This document shows, in pieces, positions 15,901 to 31,379 of a DNA stretch of 64,000 bases. The notes beneath the pieces were generated by a model, which was not told the DNA's origin, did not search any database, and saw only the letters and a list, made by a program, of their open reading frames with translations. A program made the translations under genes and the position numbers. Source of the DNA: Eledone cirrhosa (taxonomy: Eukaryota). The DNA lies in NCBI GenBank assembly GCA_964016885.1, contig OZ024744.1:21886001-21950000 (forward strand), in the 5' to 3' direction. Each line of letters starts with the position of its first letter. Position 1 is the first letter of the stretch.

Positions 15901-18900
15901 TTCAGACAGAAGAGGTGACAGGCACAACAGCTATGACATCTTCAGACAGTTAGAAGAGGTAACAGCAACAACAGCTATGACATCTTCAGACAGTTAGAAG
16001 AGGTGACAGGCACAACAGCTATGACATCTTTAGACAGTTGGAAGAGGTGACAGCCACAACAGCTAAGACATCTTCAGACAGTTAGAAGAGGTGACAGCCA
16101 GAGCAGCTATGACATCTTCAGACAGTTAGAAGAGGTGACAGCAACAACAGCTATGACGTCTTCAGACAGTTAGAAGAGGTGACAGGCACAACAGCTATGT
16201 CATCTTCAGACAGTTAGAAGAGGTGACAGCAACAACAGCTATGACATCTTTAGACAGTTAGAAGCGGTGACAGCCACAACAGCTATGACATATTCAGACA
16301 GTTAGAAGAGGTGACGGCAACAACAGCTATGAGATCTTCAGACTGAAGAGGTGACAGCCACAACAGCTATGACATCTTCAGACAAAAGAGGTGACAGGCA
16401 CAACAGCTATGAGATCTTCAGACAGAAGAGGTGACAGCCACAACAGCTATGACATCTTCAGACAGAAGAGGTGACAGGCACAACAGCTATGACATATTCA
16501 GACAGTTAGAAGAGGTGACAGCCACAACAGCTATGACATCTTCAGACAGTTATAAGATGTGACAGCCACAACAGCTATGACATATTCAGACAGAAGAGCT
16601 GACAGCCACAACAGCTATGACATCTTCAGACAGTTAGAAGAGGTGACAGGCACAACAGCTATGACATCTTTAGACAGTTAGAAGAGGTGACAGCCACAAC
16701 AGCTATGACATCTTTAGACAGTTAGTAGAGGTGACAGGAACAACAGCTATGACGTCTTCAGACAGTTAGAAGAGGTGACAGGCACAACAGCTATGACATC
16801 TTTAGACAGTTGGAAGAGGTGACAGCCACAACAGCTATGACATCTCCAGACAGTTAGAAGAGGTGACAGCCACAACAGCTATGACATCTTCAGACAGAAG
16901 AGGTGACAGGCACAACAGCTATGACATATTCAGACAGTTAGAAGAAGTAACAGCAACAACAGCTATGACATCTTCAGACAGTTAGAAGAGGTGACAGGCA
17001 CAACAGCTATGACATCTTTAGACAGTTGGAAGAGGTGACAGCCACAACAGTTATGACATCTCCAGACAGTTAGAAGAGGTGACAGCCACAACAGCTATGA
17101 CATCTTCAGACAGAAGAGGTGACAGGCACAACAGCTATGACATCTTCAGACAGTTAGAAGAGATAACAGCAACAACAGCTATGACATCTTCAGACAGTTA
17201 GAAGAGGTGACAGGCACAACAGCTGTGACATCTGTAGACAGTTGGAAGAGGTGACAGCCACAACAGCTATGACATCTTCAGACAGTTAGAAGAGGTGACA
17301 GCCACAACAGCTATGACATCTTCAGACAGTTAGAAGAGGTGACAGGAACAACAGCTATGACATCTTCAGACAGTTAGAAGAGGTGACAGGCACAACAGCT
17401 ATGACATCTTCAGACAGTTAGAAGAGGTGACAGGCACAACAGCTATGACATCTTCAGACAGTTAGAAGAGGTGACAGCCACAACAGCTATGACGTCTTTA
17501 GACAGTTAGAAGAGGTGACAGCAACAACAGCTATGACATTTTCAGACAGTTAGAAGAGGTGACAGGCACAACAGCTATGACATATTCAGACAGTTAGAAG
17601 AGGTGACAGGAACAACAGCTATGACATCTTCAGACAGTTAGAAGAGGTGACAGGCACAACAGCTATGACATCTTCAGACAGTTAGAAGAGGTGACAGGCA
17701 CAACAGCTATGACATCTTCAGACAGTTAGAAGAGGTGACAGCCACAACAGCTATGACATCTTCAGACAGTTAGAAGAGGTGACAGCAACAACAGCTCTGA
17801 CATCTTCAGACAGAAGGGGTGACAGCCACAACAACTATGACATCTTTAGACAGTTAGAAGAGCTGACAGGCACAACAGCTATGACATCTTTAGACAGTTA
17901 GAAGAGGTGACAGCCACAACAGCTATGACATATTCAGACAGTTCGAAGAGGTGACAGGCACAACAGCTATGACATCTTCAGACAGTTAGAAGAGGTGACG
18001 GCAACAACAGCTATGAGATCTTCAGACAGAAGAGGTGACAGCCACAACAGCTATGACATCTTCAGAGAGAAGAGGTGACAGGCACAACAGCTATGACATC
18101 TACAGACAGAAGAGGTGACAGCCACAACAGCTATGACATATTCAGACAGAAGAGGTGACAGGCACAACAGCTATGACATCTTCAGACAGTTAGAAGAGGT
18201 AACAGCAACAACAGCTATGACATCTTCAGACAGTTAGAAGAGGTGACAGGCACAACAGCTATGACATCTTTAGACAGTTGGAAGAGGTGACAGCCACAAC
18301 AGCTAAGACATCTTCAGACAGTTAGAAGAGGTGACAGCCAGAGCAGCTATGACATCTTCAGACAGTTAGAAGAGGTGACAGCAACAACAGCTATGACGTC
18401 TTCAGACAGTTAGAAGAGGTGACAGGCACAACAGCTATGTCATCTTCAGACAGTTAGAAGAGGTGACAGCAACAACAGCTATGACATCTTTAGACAGTTA
18501 GAAGCGGTGACAGCCACAACAGCTATGACATATTCAGACAGTTAGAAGAGGTGACGGCAACAACAGCTATGAGATCTTCAGACTGAAGAGGTGACAGCCA
18601 CAACAGCTATGACATCTTCAGACAAAAGAGGTGACAGGCACAACAGCTATGAGATCTTCAGACAGAAGAGGTGACAGCCACAACAGCTATGACATCTTCA
18701 GACAGAAGAGGTGACAGGCACAACAGCTATGACATATTCAGACAGTTAGAAGAGGTGACAGCCACAACAGCTATGACATCTTCAGACAGTTATCAGATGT
18801 GACAGCCACAACAGCTATGACATATTCAGACAGAAGAGCTGGCAGCCACAACAGCTATGACATCTTCAGACAGTTAGAAGAGGTGGCAGCAACAACAGCT

Positions 18901-19100
18901 ATGACATCTTCAGACAGTTAGAAGAGGTGACAGGCACAACAGCTATGACATCTTCAGACAGTTAGAAGAGGTGACAGGCACAACAGCTATGACATCTTCA
19001 GACAGTTAGAAGAGGTGACAGGCACAACAGCTATGACATCTTCAGACAGTTAAAAGAGGTGACAGGCACAACAGCTATTACATGTTTAGACAGTTAGAAG
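12750..19100. repeat. ~2.24-2.33-kb higher-order unit in about 2.7 tandem copies
   Basis: The CAGCTCTGA...GAAGGGGT marker is near 13256, 15556 and 17796; CAGCTAAGA is near 13738, 16066 and 18306; GCCAGAGCAG is at 16101 and 18341. Confidence 0.8.
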
Positions 19101-22100
19101 AGGTGACAGCCACAACAGCTATGACATCTTTAGACAGTTAGAAGAGGTGACAGGAACAACAGCTATGACGTCTTCAGACAGTTAGAAGAGGTGACAGGCA
19201 CAACAGCTATGACATCTTTAGACAGTTGGAAGAGGTGACAGCCACAACAGCTATGACATCTCCAGACAGTTAGAAGAGGTGACAGCCACAACAGCTATGA
19301 CATCTTCAGACAGAAGAGGTGACAGGCACAACAGCTATGACATCATCTTCAGACAGTTAGAAGGGGGTGACAGCCTCAACAGCTATGACATCTTCAGACA
19401 GTTAGAAGAGGTGACAGCCACAACAGCTATGACATCTTCAGACAGAAGAGGTGACAGGCACAACAGCTATGACATCTTCAGACAGTTAGAAGAGGTAACA
19501 GCAACAACAGCTATGACATCTTCAGACAGTTAGAAGAGGTGACAGGCACAACAGCTGTGACATCTGTAGACAGTTGGAAGAGGTGACAGCCACAACAGCT
19601 ATGACATCTTCAGACAGTTAGAAGAGGTGACAGCCACAACAGCTATGACATCTTCAGACAGTTAGAAGAGGTGACAGGAACAACAGCTATGACGTCTTCA
19701 GACAGTTAGAAGAGGTGACAGGCACAACAGCTATGTCATCTTCAGACAGTTAGAAGAGGTGACAGCAACAACAGCTATGACATCTTTAGACAGTTAGAAG
19801 CGGTGACAGCCACAACAGCTATGACATATTCAGACAGTTAGAAGAGGTGACGGCAACAACAGCTATGAGATCTTCAGACTGAAGAGGTGACAGCCACAAC
19901 AGCTATGACATCTTCAGACAAAAGAGCTGACAGGCACAACAGCTATGTGATCTTCAGACAGAAGAGGTAACAGCCACAACTGCTATGACATCTTCAGACA
20001 GAAGAGGTGACAGGCACAACAGCTATGACATCATCTTCAGACAGTTAGAAGGGGGTGACAGCCTCAACAGCTATGACATCTTTAGACAGTTAGAAGAGGT
20101 GACAGCCACAACAGCTATGACATCTTCAGACAGTTAGAAGAGGTGACAGCCACAACAGCTATGACATATTTAGACAGTTAGAAGATGTGACAGGAACAAC
20201 AGCTATGACGTCTTCAGACAGTTAGAAGAGGTGACAGGCACAACAGCTATGACATCTTCAGACAGGTAGAAGAGATGACAGCAACAACAGCTATGACATC
20301 TTCAGACAGAAGAGGTGACAGCCACAACAGCTATGACATCTTTAGACAGTTAGAAGAGGTGACAGCCACGACAGCTATGAGATATTCAGACAGTTAGAAG
20401 AGGTGACAGGCACAACAGCTATGACATCTTCAGACAGTTAGAAGAGGTGACAGCCACAACAGCTATGACATCTTCAGACAAAAGAGGTGACAGGCACAAC
20501 AGCTATGAGATCTTCAGACAGAAGAGGTGACAGCCACAACAGCTATGACATCTTCAGACAGAAGAGGTGACAGGCACAGCAGCTATGACATATTCAGACA
20601 GTTAGAAGAGGTGACAGCCACAACAGCTATGACATCTTCAGACAGTTATAAGATGTGACAGCCACAACAGCTATGACATATTCAGACAGAAGAGCTGACA
20701 GCCACAACAGCTATGACATCTTCAGACAGTTAGAAGAGGTGACAGCAACAACAGCTATGACATCTTCAGACAGTTAGAAGAGGTGACAGGCACAACAGCT
20801 ATTACATGTTTAGACAGTTAGAAGAGGTGACAGCCACAACAGCTATGACATCTTTAGACAGTTAGAAGAGGTGACAGGAACAACAGCTATGACGTCTTCA
20901 GACAGTTAGAAGAGGTGACAGGCACAACAGCTATGACATCTTTAGACAGTTGGAAGAGGTGACAGCCACAACAGCTATGACATCTCCAGAAAGTTAGAAG
21001 AGGTGACAGCCACAACAGCTATGACATCTTCAGACAGAAGAGGTGACAGGCACAACAGCTATGACATCTTCAGACAGTTAGAAGAGGTGACAGGCACAAC
21101 AGCTATGACATCTTTAGACAGTTGGAAGAGGTGACAGCCACAACAGCTATGACATCTCCAGACAGTTAGAAGATGTGACAGCCACAACAGCTATGACATC
21201 TTCAGACAGAAGAGGTGACAGGCACAACAGTTATGACATCTTCAGACAGTTAGAAGAGGTAACAGCAACAACAGCTATGACATCTTCAGACAGTTAGAAG
21301 AGGTGACAGGCACAACAGCTGTGACATCTGTAGACAGTTGGAAGAGGTGACAGCCACAAAAGCTATGACATCTTCAGACAGTTAGAAGAGGTGACAGGAA
21401 CAACAGCTATGACGTCTTCAGACAGTTAGAAGAGGTGACAGGCACAACAGCTATGTCAACTTCAGACAGTTAGAAGAGGTGACAGCAACAACAGCTATGA
21501 CATCTTTAGACAGTTAGAAGCGGTGACAGCCACAACAGCTATGACATATTCAGACAGTTAGAAGAGGTGACGGCAACAACAGCTATGAGATCTTCAGACT
21601 GAAGAGGTGACAGCCACAACAGCTATGACATCTTCAGACAAAAGAGCTGACAGGCACAACAGCTATGTGATCTTCAGACAGAAGAGGTAACAGCCACAAC
21701 TGCTATGACATCTTCAGACTGAAGAGGTGACAGGCACAACAGCTATGACATCTTCAGACAGTTAGAAGGGGGTGACAGCCTCAACAGCTATGACATCTTT
21801 AGACAGTTAGAAGAGGTGACAGCCACAACAGCTATGACATCTTCAGACAGTTAGAAGAGGTGACAGCCACAACAGCTATGACATATTTAGACAGTTAGAA
21901 GATATGACAGGAACAACAGCTATGACGTCTTCAGACAGTTAGAAGAGGTGACAGGAACAACAGCTATGACATATTCAGACAGTTAGAAGAGGTGACAGCC
22001 ACAATAGCTATGACATCTTCAGACAGATATAAGATGTGCCAGCCACAACAGCTATGACATATTCAGACAGAAGAAGTGACAGGCACAACAGCTATGACAT

Positions 22101-22419
22101 CTACAGACAGAAGAGGTGACAGCCACAACAGCTATGACATCTTCAGACAGTTAGAAGAGGTGACAGCAACAACAGCTATGACATCTTCAGACAGTTAGAA
22201 GAGGTGACAGGCACAACAGCTATGACATCTTTAGACAGTTATAAGATGTGACAGTCACAACAGCTATGACATATTCAGACAGAAGAGGTGACAGGCACAA
22301 CAGCTATGACATCTACAGACAGAAGAGGTGACAGCCACAACAGCTATGACATCTTCAGACAGTTAGAAGAGGTGACAGCCACAACAGCTATGACATCTTC
22401 AGACAGTTAGAAGAGGTGA

Positions 22420-24430
22420 CAGGCACAACAGCTATGACATCTTCACACAGTTAGAAGAGGTGACAGCAACAACAGCTATGACATCTTCAGACAGTTCGAA
22501 GAGGTAACAGCCACAACAGCTATGATATCTTTAGACAGTTAGAAGAGGTGACAGCCACAACAGCTATGACATCTTCAGACAGTGAGAAGAGGTGACATCC
22601 ACAACAGCTATGACATCTTTAGACAGTTAGAAGAGGTGACAGGAACAACAGCTATGACGTCTTCAGACAGTTAGAAGAGGTGACAGGCACAGCAGCTATG
22701 ACGTCTTCAGACAGAAGATGTGACAGCCACAACAGCTATGAAATCTTCAGAGAGAAGAGGTGACAGGCACAACAGCTATGACATCTACAGACAGAAGAGG
22801 TGACAGCCACAACAGCTATGAAATCTTCAGACAGTTATAAGATGTGACAGCCACAACAGCTATGACATATTCAGCAGAAGAGGTGACAGGCACAACAGCT
22901 ATGACATCTTCAGACAGTTAGAAGAGGTGACAGCAACAACAGCTATGACATCTTCAGACAGTTAGAAGAGGTAACAGGCACAACATATATGCCATCTTTA
23001 GACAGTTAGAAGAGGTGACAGCCACAACAGCTATGATATCTTTAGACAGTTAGAAGAGGTGACAGCGACAACAGCTATGACATCTTCAGACAGTGAGAAG
23101 AGGTGACAGCCACTACAGCTATGCCATCTTTAGACATTTAGAAGAGGTGACAGGAACAAGAGCTATGACATCTTCAGACAGTTAGAAGAGGTGACAGCAA
23201 CAACAGCTATGACATCTTCAGACAGTTATAAGATGTGACAGCCACAACAGCCATGACATCTTCAGACAGAAGAGGTGACAAGCACAACAGCTATGACATC
23301 TTTACACAGTTAGAAGAGGTGACAGCAACAACAGCTATGACATCTTCAGACAGTTAGAAGAGGTAACAGCCACAACAGCTATGATATCTTTAGACAGTTA
23401 GAAGAGGTGACAGCCACAACAGCTATGACATCTTCAGACAGTGAGAAGAGGTGACATCCACAACAGCTATGACATCTTTAGACAGTTAGAAGAGGTGACA
23501 GGAACAACAGCTATGACGTTTTCAGACAGTTAGAAGAGGTGACAGGCACAGCAGCTATGACGTCTTCAGACAGAAGATGTGACAGCCACAACAGCTATGA
23601 AATCTTCAGAGAGAAGAGGTGACAGGCACAACAGCTATGACATCTACAGACAGAAGAGGTGACAGCCACAACAGCTATGACATCTTCAGACAGTTATAAG
23701 ATGTGACAGCCACAACAGCTATGACATATTCAGACAGAAGAGGTGACAGGCACAACAGCTATGACATCTTCAGACAGTTAGAAGAGGTGACAGCAACAAC
23801 AGCTATGACATCTTCAGACAGTTAGAAGAGGTAACAGGCACAACATATATGCCATCTTTAGACAGTTAGAAGAGGTGACAGCCACAACAGCTATGATATC
23901 TTTAGACAGTTAGAAGAGGTGACAGCGACAACAGCTATGACATCTTCAGACAGTGAGAAGAGGTGACAGCCACTACAGCTATGCCATCTTTAGACATTTA
24001 GAAGAGGTGACAGGAACAAGAGCTATGACATCTTCAGACAGTTAGAAGAGGTGACAGCAACAACAGCTATGACATCTTCAGACAGTTATAAGATGTGACA
24101 GCCACAACAGCCATGACATCTTCAGACAGAAGAGGTGACAAGCACAACAGCTATGACATCTTTACACAGTTAGAAGAGGTGACAGCAACAACAGCTATGA
24201 CATCTTCAGACAGTTAGAAGAGGTAACAGCCACAACAGCTATGATATCTTTAGACAGTTAGAAGAGGTGACAGCCACAACAGCTATGACATCTTCAGACA
24301 GTGAGAAGAGGTGACATCCACAACAGCTATGACATCTTTAGACAGTTAGAAGAGGTGACAGGAACAACAGCTATGACGTTTTCAGACAGTTAGAAGAGGT
24401 GACAGGCACAGCAGCTATGACGTCTTCAGA
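22420..24430. repeat. 860-bp tandem duplication (about 20 monomers)
   Basis: CAACATATATGCC at 22981 and 23841, and TTTACACAG at 23301 and 24161. Both offsets are 860. Confidence 0.85.
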
Positions 24431-27400
24431 CATTTAGAAGAGGTGACAGCAACAACAGCTGTGACATCTTCAGCCAGTTAGAAGAGGTGACAGCCACAAC
24501 AGCTATGACATCTTCAGCCAGTTAGAAGAGGTGACAGCCACAACAGCTATGAGGTCTTCAGACTGAAGAGGTGACAGCCACAAGAGCTATGACATCTTCA
24601 GACAAAAGAGGTGACAGGCACAACAGCTATGAGATCTTCAGACAAAAGAGGTGACAGCCACAACAGCTATGACATCTTCAGACAGAAGAGGTGACAGGCA
24701 CAACAGTTATGACATATTCAGACAGTTAGAAGAGGTGACAGCCACAATAGCTATGACATCTTCAGACAGTTATAAGATGTGACAGCCACAACAGCTATGA
24801 CATATTCAGACAGAAGAGGTGACAGGCACAACAGCTATGACATCTACAGACAGTTAGAAGAGGTGACAGCAACAACAGCTATGACATCTTCAGACAGTTA
24901 GAAGAGGTAACAGGCACAACAGATATGCCATCTTTAGACAGTTAGAAGAGGTGACAGCCACAACAGCTATGACATCTTTAGACAGTTAGAAGAGGTGACT
25001 GCGACAACAGCTATGACATCTTCAGACAGTGAGAAGAGGTGACATCCACAACAGCTATGACATCTTTAGACAGTTAGAAGAGGTGACAGGAACAACAGCT
25101 ATGATGTCTTCAGACAGTTAGAAGAGGTGACAGGCACAGCAGCTATGACATCTTCAGACATTTAGAAGAGCTGACAGCAACAACAGCTGTGACATCTTTA
25201 GACAGTTAGAAGAGGTGACAGCCACAACAGCTATGACATCTTCAGCCAGTTAGAAGAGGTGACAGCCACAACAGCTATGACATCTTTAGACAGTTAGAAG
25301 AGGTGACAGGCACAAAAGCTATGACATCTTCGGACAGTTAGAAGAGGTGACAGCCACAACAGCTATGACATCTTTAGACAGTTAGAAGTGGTGACAGGAA
25401 CAACGGCTATGACATCTTCAGATAGTTAGAAGAGGTGACAGGCACAACAGCTTTGACATCTTCAGACAGTTAGAAGAGGTGACAGCAACAACAGCTATGA
25501 CATCTTCAGACAGAAGAGGTGACAGCCACAACAGCTATGACATCTTCAGACAGTTACAAGAGGTGACAGGCACAACAGCTATGACATCTTTAGACAGTTA
25601 GAAGAGGTGACAGCCGTAACAGCTATTACATATTCAGACAGATAGAAGAGGTGACAAGCACAATAGCTATGACATCTTCAGACAGTTAGAAGAGGTGACG
25701 GCAACAACAGCTATGAGATCTTCAGACAGAAGATGTGACAGCCACAACAGCTATGACATCTTCAGAGAGAAGAGGTGACAGGCACAACAGCTATGACATC
25801 TACAGACAGAAGAGGTGACAGCCACAACAGCTATGACATCTTCAGACAGTTATAAGATGTGACAGCCACAACAGCTATGACATATTCAGACAGAAGAGGT
25901 GACAGGCACAACAGCTATGACATCTTCAGACAGTTAGAAGAGGTGACAGCAACAACAGCTATGACATCTTCAGACAGTTAGAAGAGGTAACAGGCACAGC
26001 ATATATGCCATCTTTAGACAGTTAGAAGAGGTGACAGCCACAACAGCTATGACATCTTCAGACAGTTAGAAGAGGTGACAGCCACAACAGCTATGATATC
26101 TTTAGACAGTTAGAAGAGGTGACAGCGACAACAGCTATGACATCTTCGGACAGTGAGAAGAGGTGACAGCCACTACAGCTATGCCCTCTTTAGACATTTA
26201 GAAGAGGTGACAGGAACAACAGCTATGACATCTTCAGACAGTTAGAAGAGGTGACAGCAAAAACAGCTATGACATCTTCAGACAGTCATAAGATGTGACA
26301 GCCACAACAGCCATGACATCTTCAGACAGAAGAGGTGACAAGCACAACAGCTATGACATCTTCACACAGTTTGAAGAGGTGACAGCAACAACAGCTATGA
26401 CATCTTCAGACAGTTAGAAGAGGTGACAGCCACAACAGCTATGACATCTTCAGACAGTTAGAAGAGGTAACAGCCACAACAGCTATGATATCTTTAGACA
26501 GTTAGAAGAGGTGACAGCCACAACAGCTATGACATCTTCAGACAGTGAGAAGAGGTGACATCCACAACAGCTATGACATCTTTAGACAGTTAGAAGAGGT
26601 GACAGGAACAACAGCTATGACGTCTTCAGACAGTTAGAAGAGGTGACAGGCACAGCAGCTATGACGTCTTCAGACATTTAGAAGAGGTGACAGCAACAAC
26701 AGCTGTGACATCTTTAGACAGTTAGAAGAGGTGACAGCCACAACAGCTATGACATCTTCAGCCAGTTAGAAGAGGTGACAGCCACAACAGCTATGACATC
26801 TTTAGACAGTTAGAAGAGGTGACAGGCACAAAAGCTATGACATCTTCAGACAGTTAGAAGAGGTGACAGCCACAACAGCTATGACATCTTTAGACAGTTA
26901 GAAGTGGTGACAGGAACAACAGCTATGACATCTTCAGAGAGTTAGAAGAGGTGACAGGCACAACAGCTATGACATCTTCAGACAGTTAGAAGAGGTGATA
27001 GCAACAACAGCTATGACATCTTCAGACAGAAGAGGTGACAGCCACAACAGCTATCACATCTTCAGACAGTTACAAGAGGTGACAGGCACAACAGCTATGA
27101 CATCTTTAGACAGTTAGAAGCGGTGACAGCCGCAACAGCTATTACATATTCAGACAGTTAGAAGAGGTGACAGGCACAATAGCTATGACATCTTCAGACA
27201 GTTAGAAGAGGTGACGGCAACAACAGCTATGAGATCTTCATACAGAAGATGTGACAGCCACAACAGCTATAACATCTTCAGAGAGAAGAGGTGACAGGCA
27301 CAACAGCTATGACATCTACAGACAGAAGAAGTGACAGCCACAACAGCTATGACATATTCAGACAGTTAGAAGAGGTGACAGCCACAACAGCTATGACATC

Positions 27401-30400
27401 TTCAGACAGTTATAAGATGTGACAGCCACAACAGCTATGACATATTCAGACAGAAGAGTTGACAGGCACAACAGCTATGACATCTTTAGACAGTTAGAAG
27501 AGGTGACAGCCACAACAGCTATGACATCTTCAGCCAGTTAGAAGAGGTGACAGGCACAACAGCTATGACATCTTTAGACAGTTAGAAGAGGTGACAGGCA
27601 CAACATCTATGACATCTTCAGACAGTTAGAAGAGGTGACAGGCACAAAAGCTATGACATCTTCAGACAGTTAGAAGAGGTGACAGCAACAACAGCCATGA
27701 CATCTTCAGACAGAAGAGGTGACAGCCACAACAGCTATGACATTTTCAGACAGTTAGAAGAGGTGACAGGCACAACAGCTATGACATCTTCAGACAGTTA
27801 GAAGAGGTGACGGCAACAACAGCTATGAGATCTTCATACAGAAGATGTGACAGCCACAACAGCTATGACATCTTCAGAGAGAAGAGGTGACAGGCACAAC
27901 AGCTATGACATCTTCAGACAGTTAGAAGAGGTGAGAGCAACAACAGTTATGACATCTTCAGACAGTTAGAAGAGGTGACAGCCACAACAGCTATGACATC
28001 TTCAGACAGTTATAAGATGTGACAGTCACAACAGCTATGACATATTCAGACAGAAGAGGTGACAGGCACAACAGCTATGATATCTTCAGACAGTTAGAAG
28101 AGGTGACAGCAACAACAGCTATGACATCTTCAGACAGTTAGAAGAGTTAACAGGGACAACAGCTATGATATCTTTAGACAGTTAGAAGAGGTTACAGCCA
28201 CAACAGCTATGACATCTTTAGACAGTTAGAAGAGGTGACAGAAATAACAGCTATGACGTCTTCAGACAGTTAGAAGAGGTGACAGGCACAACAGCTAGGA
28301 CGTCTTCAGACAGTTAGAAGAGGTGACATCAACAACAGCTATGACATCTTCAGACAGAAGAGGTGACATGCACAACAGCTATGACATCTTCAGACAGTTA
28401 TAAGATGTGACAGTCACAACAGCTATGACGTATTCAGACAGAAGAGGTGACTGGAACAACAGCTATGACATCTTCAGACAGTTAGAAGAGGTGACAGCAA
28501 CAACAGCTATGACATCTTCAGACAGTTAGTAGAGGTGACAGGGACAACAGCTATGATATCTTTAGACAGTTAGAAGAGGTGACGGCCACAACAGCTATGA
28601 CATCTTTAGACAGTTAGAAGAGGTGACAGGAACAACAGCTATGACGCCTTCAGACAGTTAGAAGAGGTGACAGGCACAACAGCTAGGACGTCTTCAGACA
28701 GTTAGAAGAGGTGACAGCCACAACAGCTATGACATTTTCAGACAGTTAGAAGAGGTGACAGCCACAACAGCTATGCCATCTTTAGACATTTAGAAGAGGT
28801 GACAGCCACAACATCTATGACATCTTCAGACAGAAGAGGTGACAGGCACAACAGCTATGACATCTTCAGACAGAAGAGGTGACAGGTACAACATCTATGA
28901 CATCTTCAGACAGAAGAGGTGACAGGCACAACAGCTATGACATCTTCAGAGAGTTAGAAGAGGTGACAGGCACAACAGCTATGACATCTTCAGACAGAAG
29001 AGGTGACAGGCACAACAGCTATGACATCTTCAGATTGAACATGTGACAGCTACAACAGCTATGACATTTTCAGACGGAAGAGATGACAGGCACAACAGCT
29101 ATGACATCTTCAGACAGTTAGAAGAGGTGACAGCCACAACAGCTATGACATCTTTAGACAGTTAGAAGAGGCGACAGCCACAACAGCTATGACATCTTCA
29201 GACAGTTTGAAGACGTGACAGCCACAACAGCTATGACATGTTGAGACAGTTAGAAGAGGTGACAGCCACAACAGCTCTGACATCTTCAGACAGTTAGAAG
29301 AGGTGACAGCCACAACAGCTATGACATCTTCAGACAGAATAGCTAATAGGCACAACAGCATGACATCTTCAGATAGAACATGTGACAGCTACAACAGCTA
29401 TGATATTTTCAGACAGAAGAGATGACAGGCACAACAGCTATGCCATCTTTAGACAGTTAGAAGAGGTGACAGCTACAACAGCTATGACATCTTCAGACAG
29501 TTAGAAGAGGCGACAGCCACAACAGCTATGACATCTTCAGACAAAAGAGGTGAGAGCCACAACAGCTATGACATCTTCAGACAGTTAGAAGAGGTGACAG
29601 CCACAACAGCTATGACATCTTCAGACAGTTAGAAGAGGTGACAGCCACAACAGCTATGACATCTTCAGATAGTTTGAAGAGGTGACAGGCACAACAGCTA
29701 TGACCTCTTCAGACAGTTAAAAGAGGTGACAGCCACAACAGCTATGACATCTTCAGACAGAAGAGGTGACAGGCACAACAGCTATGACATCTTCAGATTG
29801 AACATGTGACAGCTACAACAGCTATGACATGTTCAGACAGAAGATATGACAGGCACAACAGCTATGACATCTTCAGACAGTTAGAAGAGGTGACAGCCAC
29901 AACAGCTATGACATCTTTAGACAGTTAGAAGAGGTGACAGCCACAACAGCTATGACATGTTGAGACAGTTAGAAGAGGTGACAGCCACAACAGCTCTGAC
30001 ATCTTCAGACAGTTAGAAGAGGTGACAGCCACAACAGCTATGACATCTTCAGACAGTTAGAAGAGGTGACAGCCACAACAGCTATGACATCTTCAGATAT
30101 TTTGAAGAGGTGACAGGCACAACAGCTATGACCTCTTCAGACAGTTAAAAGAGGTGACAGCCACAACAGCTATGACATCTTCAGACAGAAGAGGTGACAG
30201 GCACAACAGCTATGACATCTTCAGATTGAACATGTGACAGCTACAACAGCTATGACATGTTCAGACAGAAGAGATGACAGGCACAACAGCTATGACATCT
30301 TCAGACAGTTAGAAGAGGTGACAGCCACAACAGCTATGACATCTTCAGACAGTTAGAAGAGGTGACAGCCACAACAGCTATGACATCTTTAGACAGTTAG

Positions 30401-31379
30401 AAGAGGCGACAGCCACAACAGCTATGACATCTTCAGACAGTTTGAAGAGGTGACAGCCACAACAGCTATGACATGTTGAGACAGTTAGAAGAGGTGACAG
30501 CCACAACAGCTATGACATCTTCAGACAGTTAGAAGAGGTGACAGCCACAACAGCTATGACATCTTCAGACAGAATAGCTAACGGGCACAACAGCATGACA
30601 TCTTCAGATAGAACATGTGACAGCTACAACAGCTATGACATTTTCAGACAGAAGAGATGACAGGCACAACAGCTATGCCATCTTCAGAAAGTTAGAAGAG
30701 GTGACAGCTACAACAGCTATGACATCTTCAGACAGTTAGAAGAGGCGACAGCCACAACAGCTATGACATCTTCAGACAGTTTGAAGAGGTGACAGCCACA
30801 ACAACTATGACATCTTCAGACAGTTAGAAGTGGTGACAGGCACAACAGCTATGACATCTTCAGACAGAAGAGGTGACAGGCACAACAGCTATGACATCTT
30901 CAGATTGAACATGTGACAGCTACAACAGCTATTACATTTTCAGACAGAAGAGATGACAGGCACAACAGCTATGTCATCTTCAGACAGTTAGAAGAGGTGA
31001 CAGCCACAACAGCTATGACATCTTCAGACAGTTAGAAGAGGTGACAGCCACAACAGCTATGACATCTTTAGACAGTTAGAAGAGGCGACAGCCACAACAG
31101 CTATGACATCTTCAGACAGTTTGAAGAGATGACAGCCACAACAGCTATGACATGTTGAGACAGTTAGAAGAGGTGACAGCCACAACAGCTCTGACATCTT
31201 TAGACAGTTAGAAGAGGTGACAGGAACAACAGCTATGACATCTTCAGACAGTTAGAAGAGGTGACAGGCACAGCAGCTATGACATCTTTAGACAATTAGA
31301 AGTGGTGACAGCCACAACAGCTATGACATCTTCAGACAGAAGAGGTGACAGGCACAACAGCTATGACATCTTCAGACAG

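Noticed and set aside
7060-22880. Singleton 1-bp indels near 7070 (AACAAGCT) and 22875 (TCAGCAGAAG)
   Set aside because: They are absent from the duplicated copies and cannot be distinguished from sequencing error.
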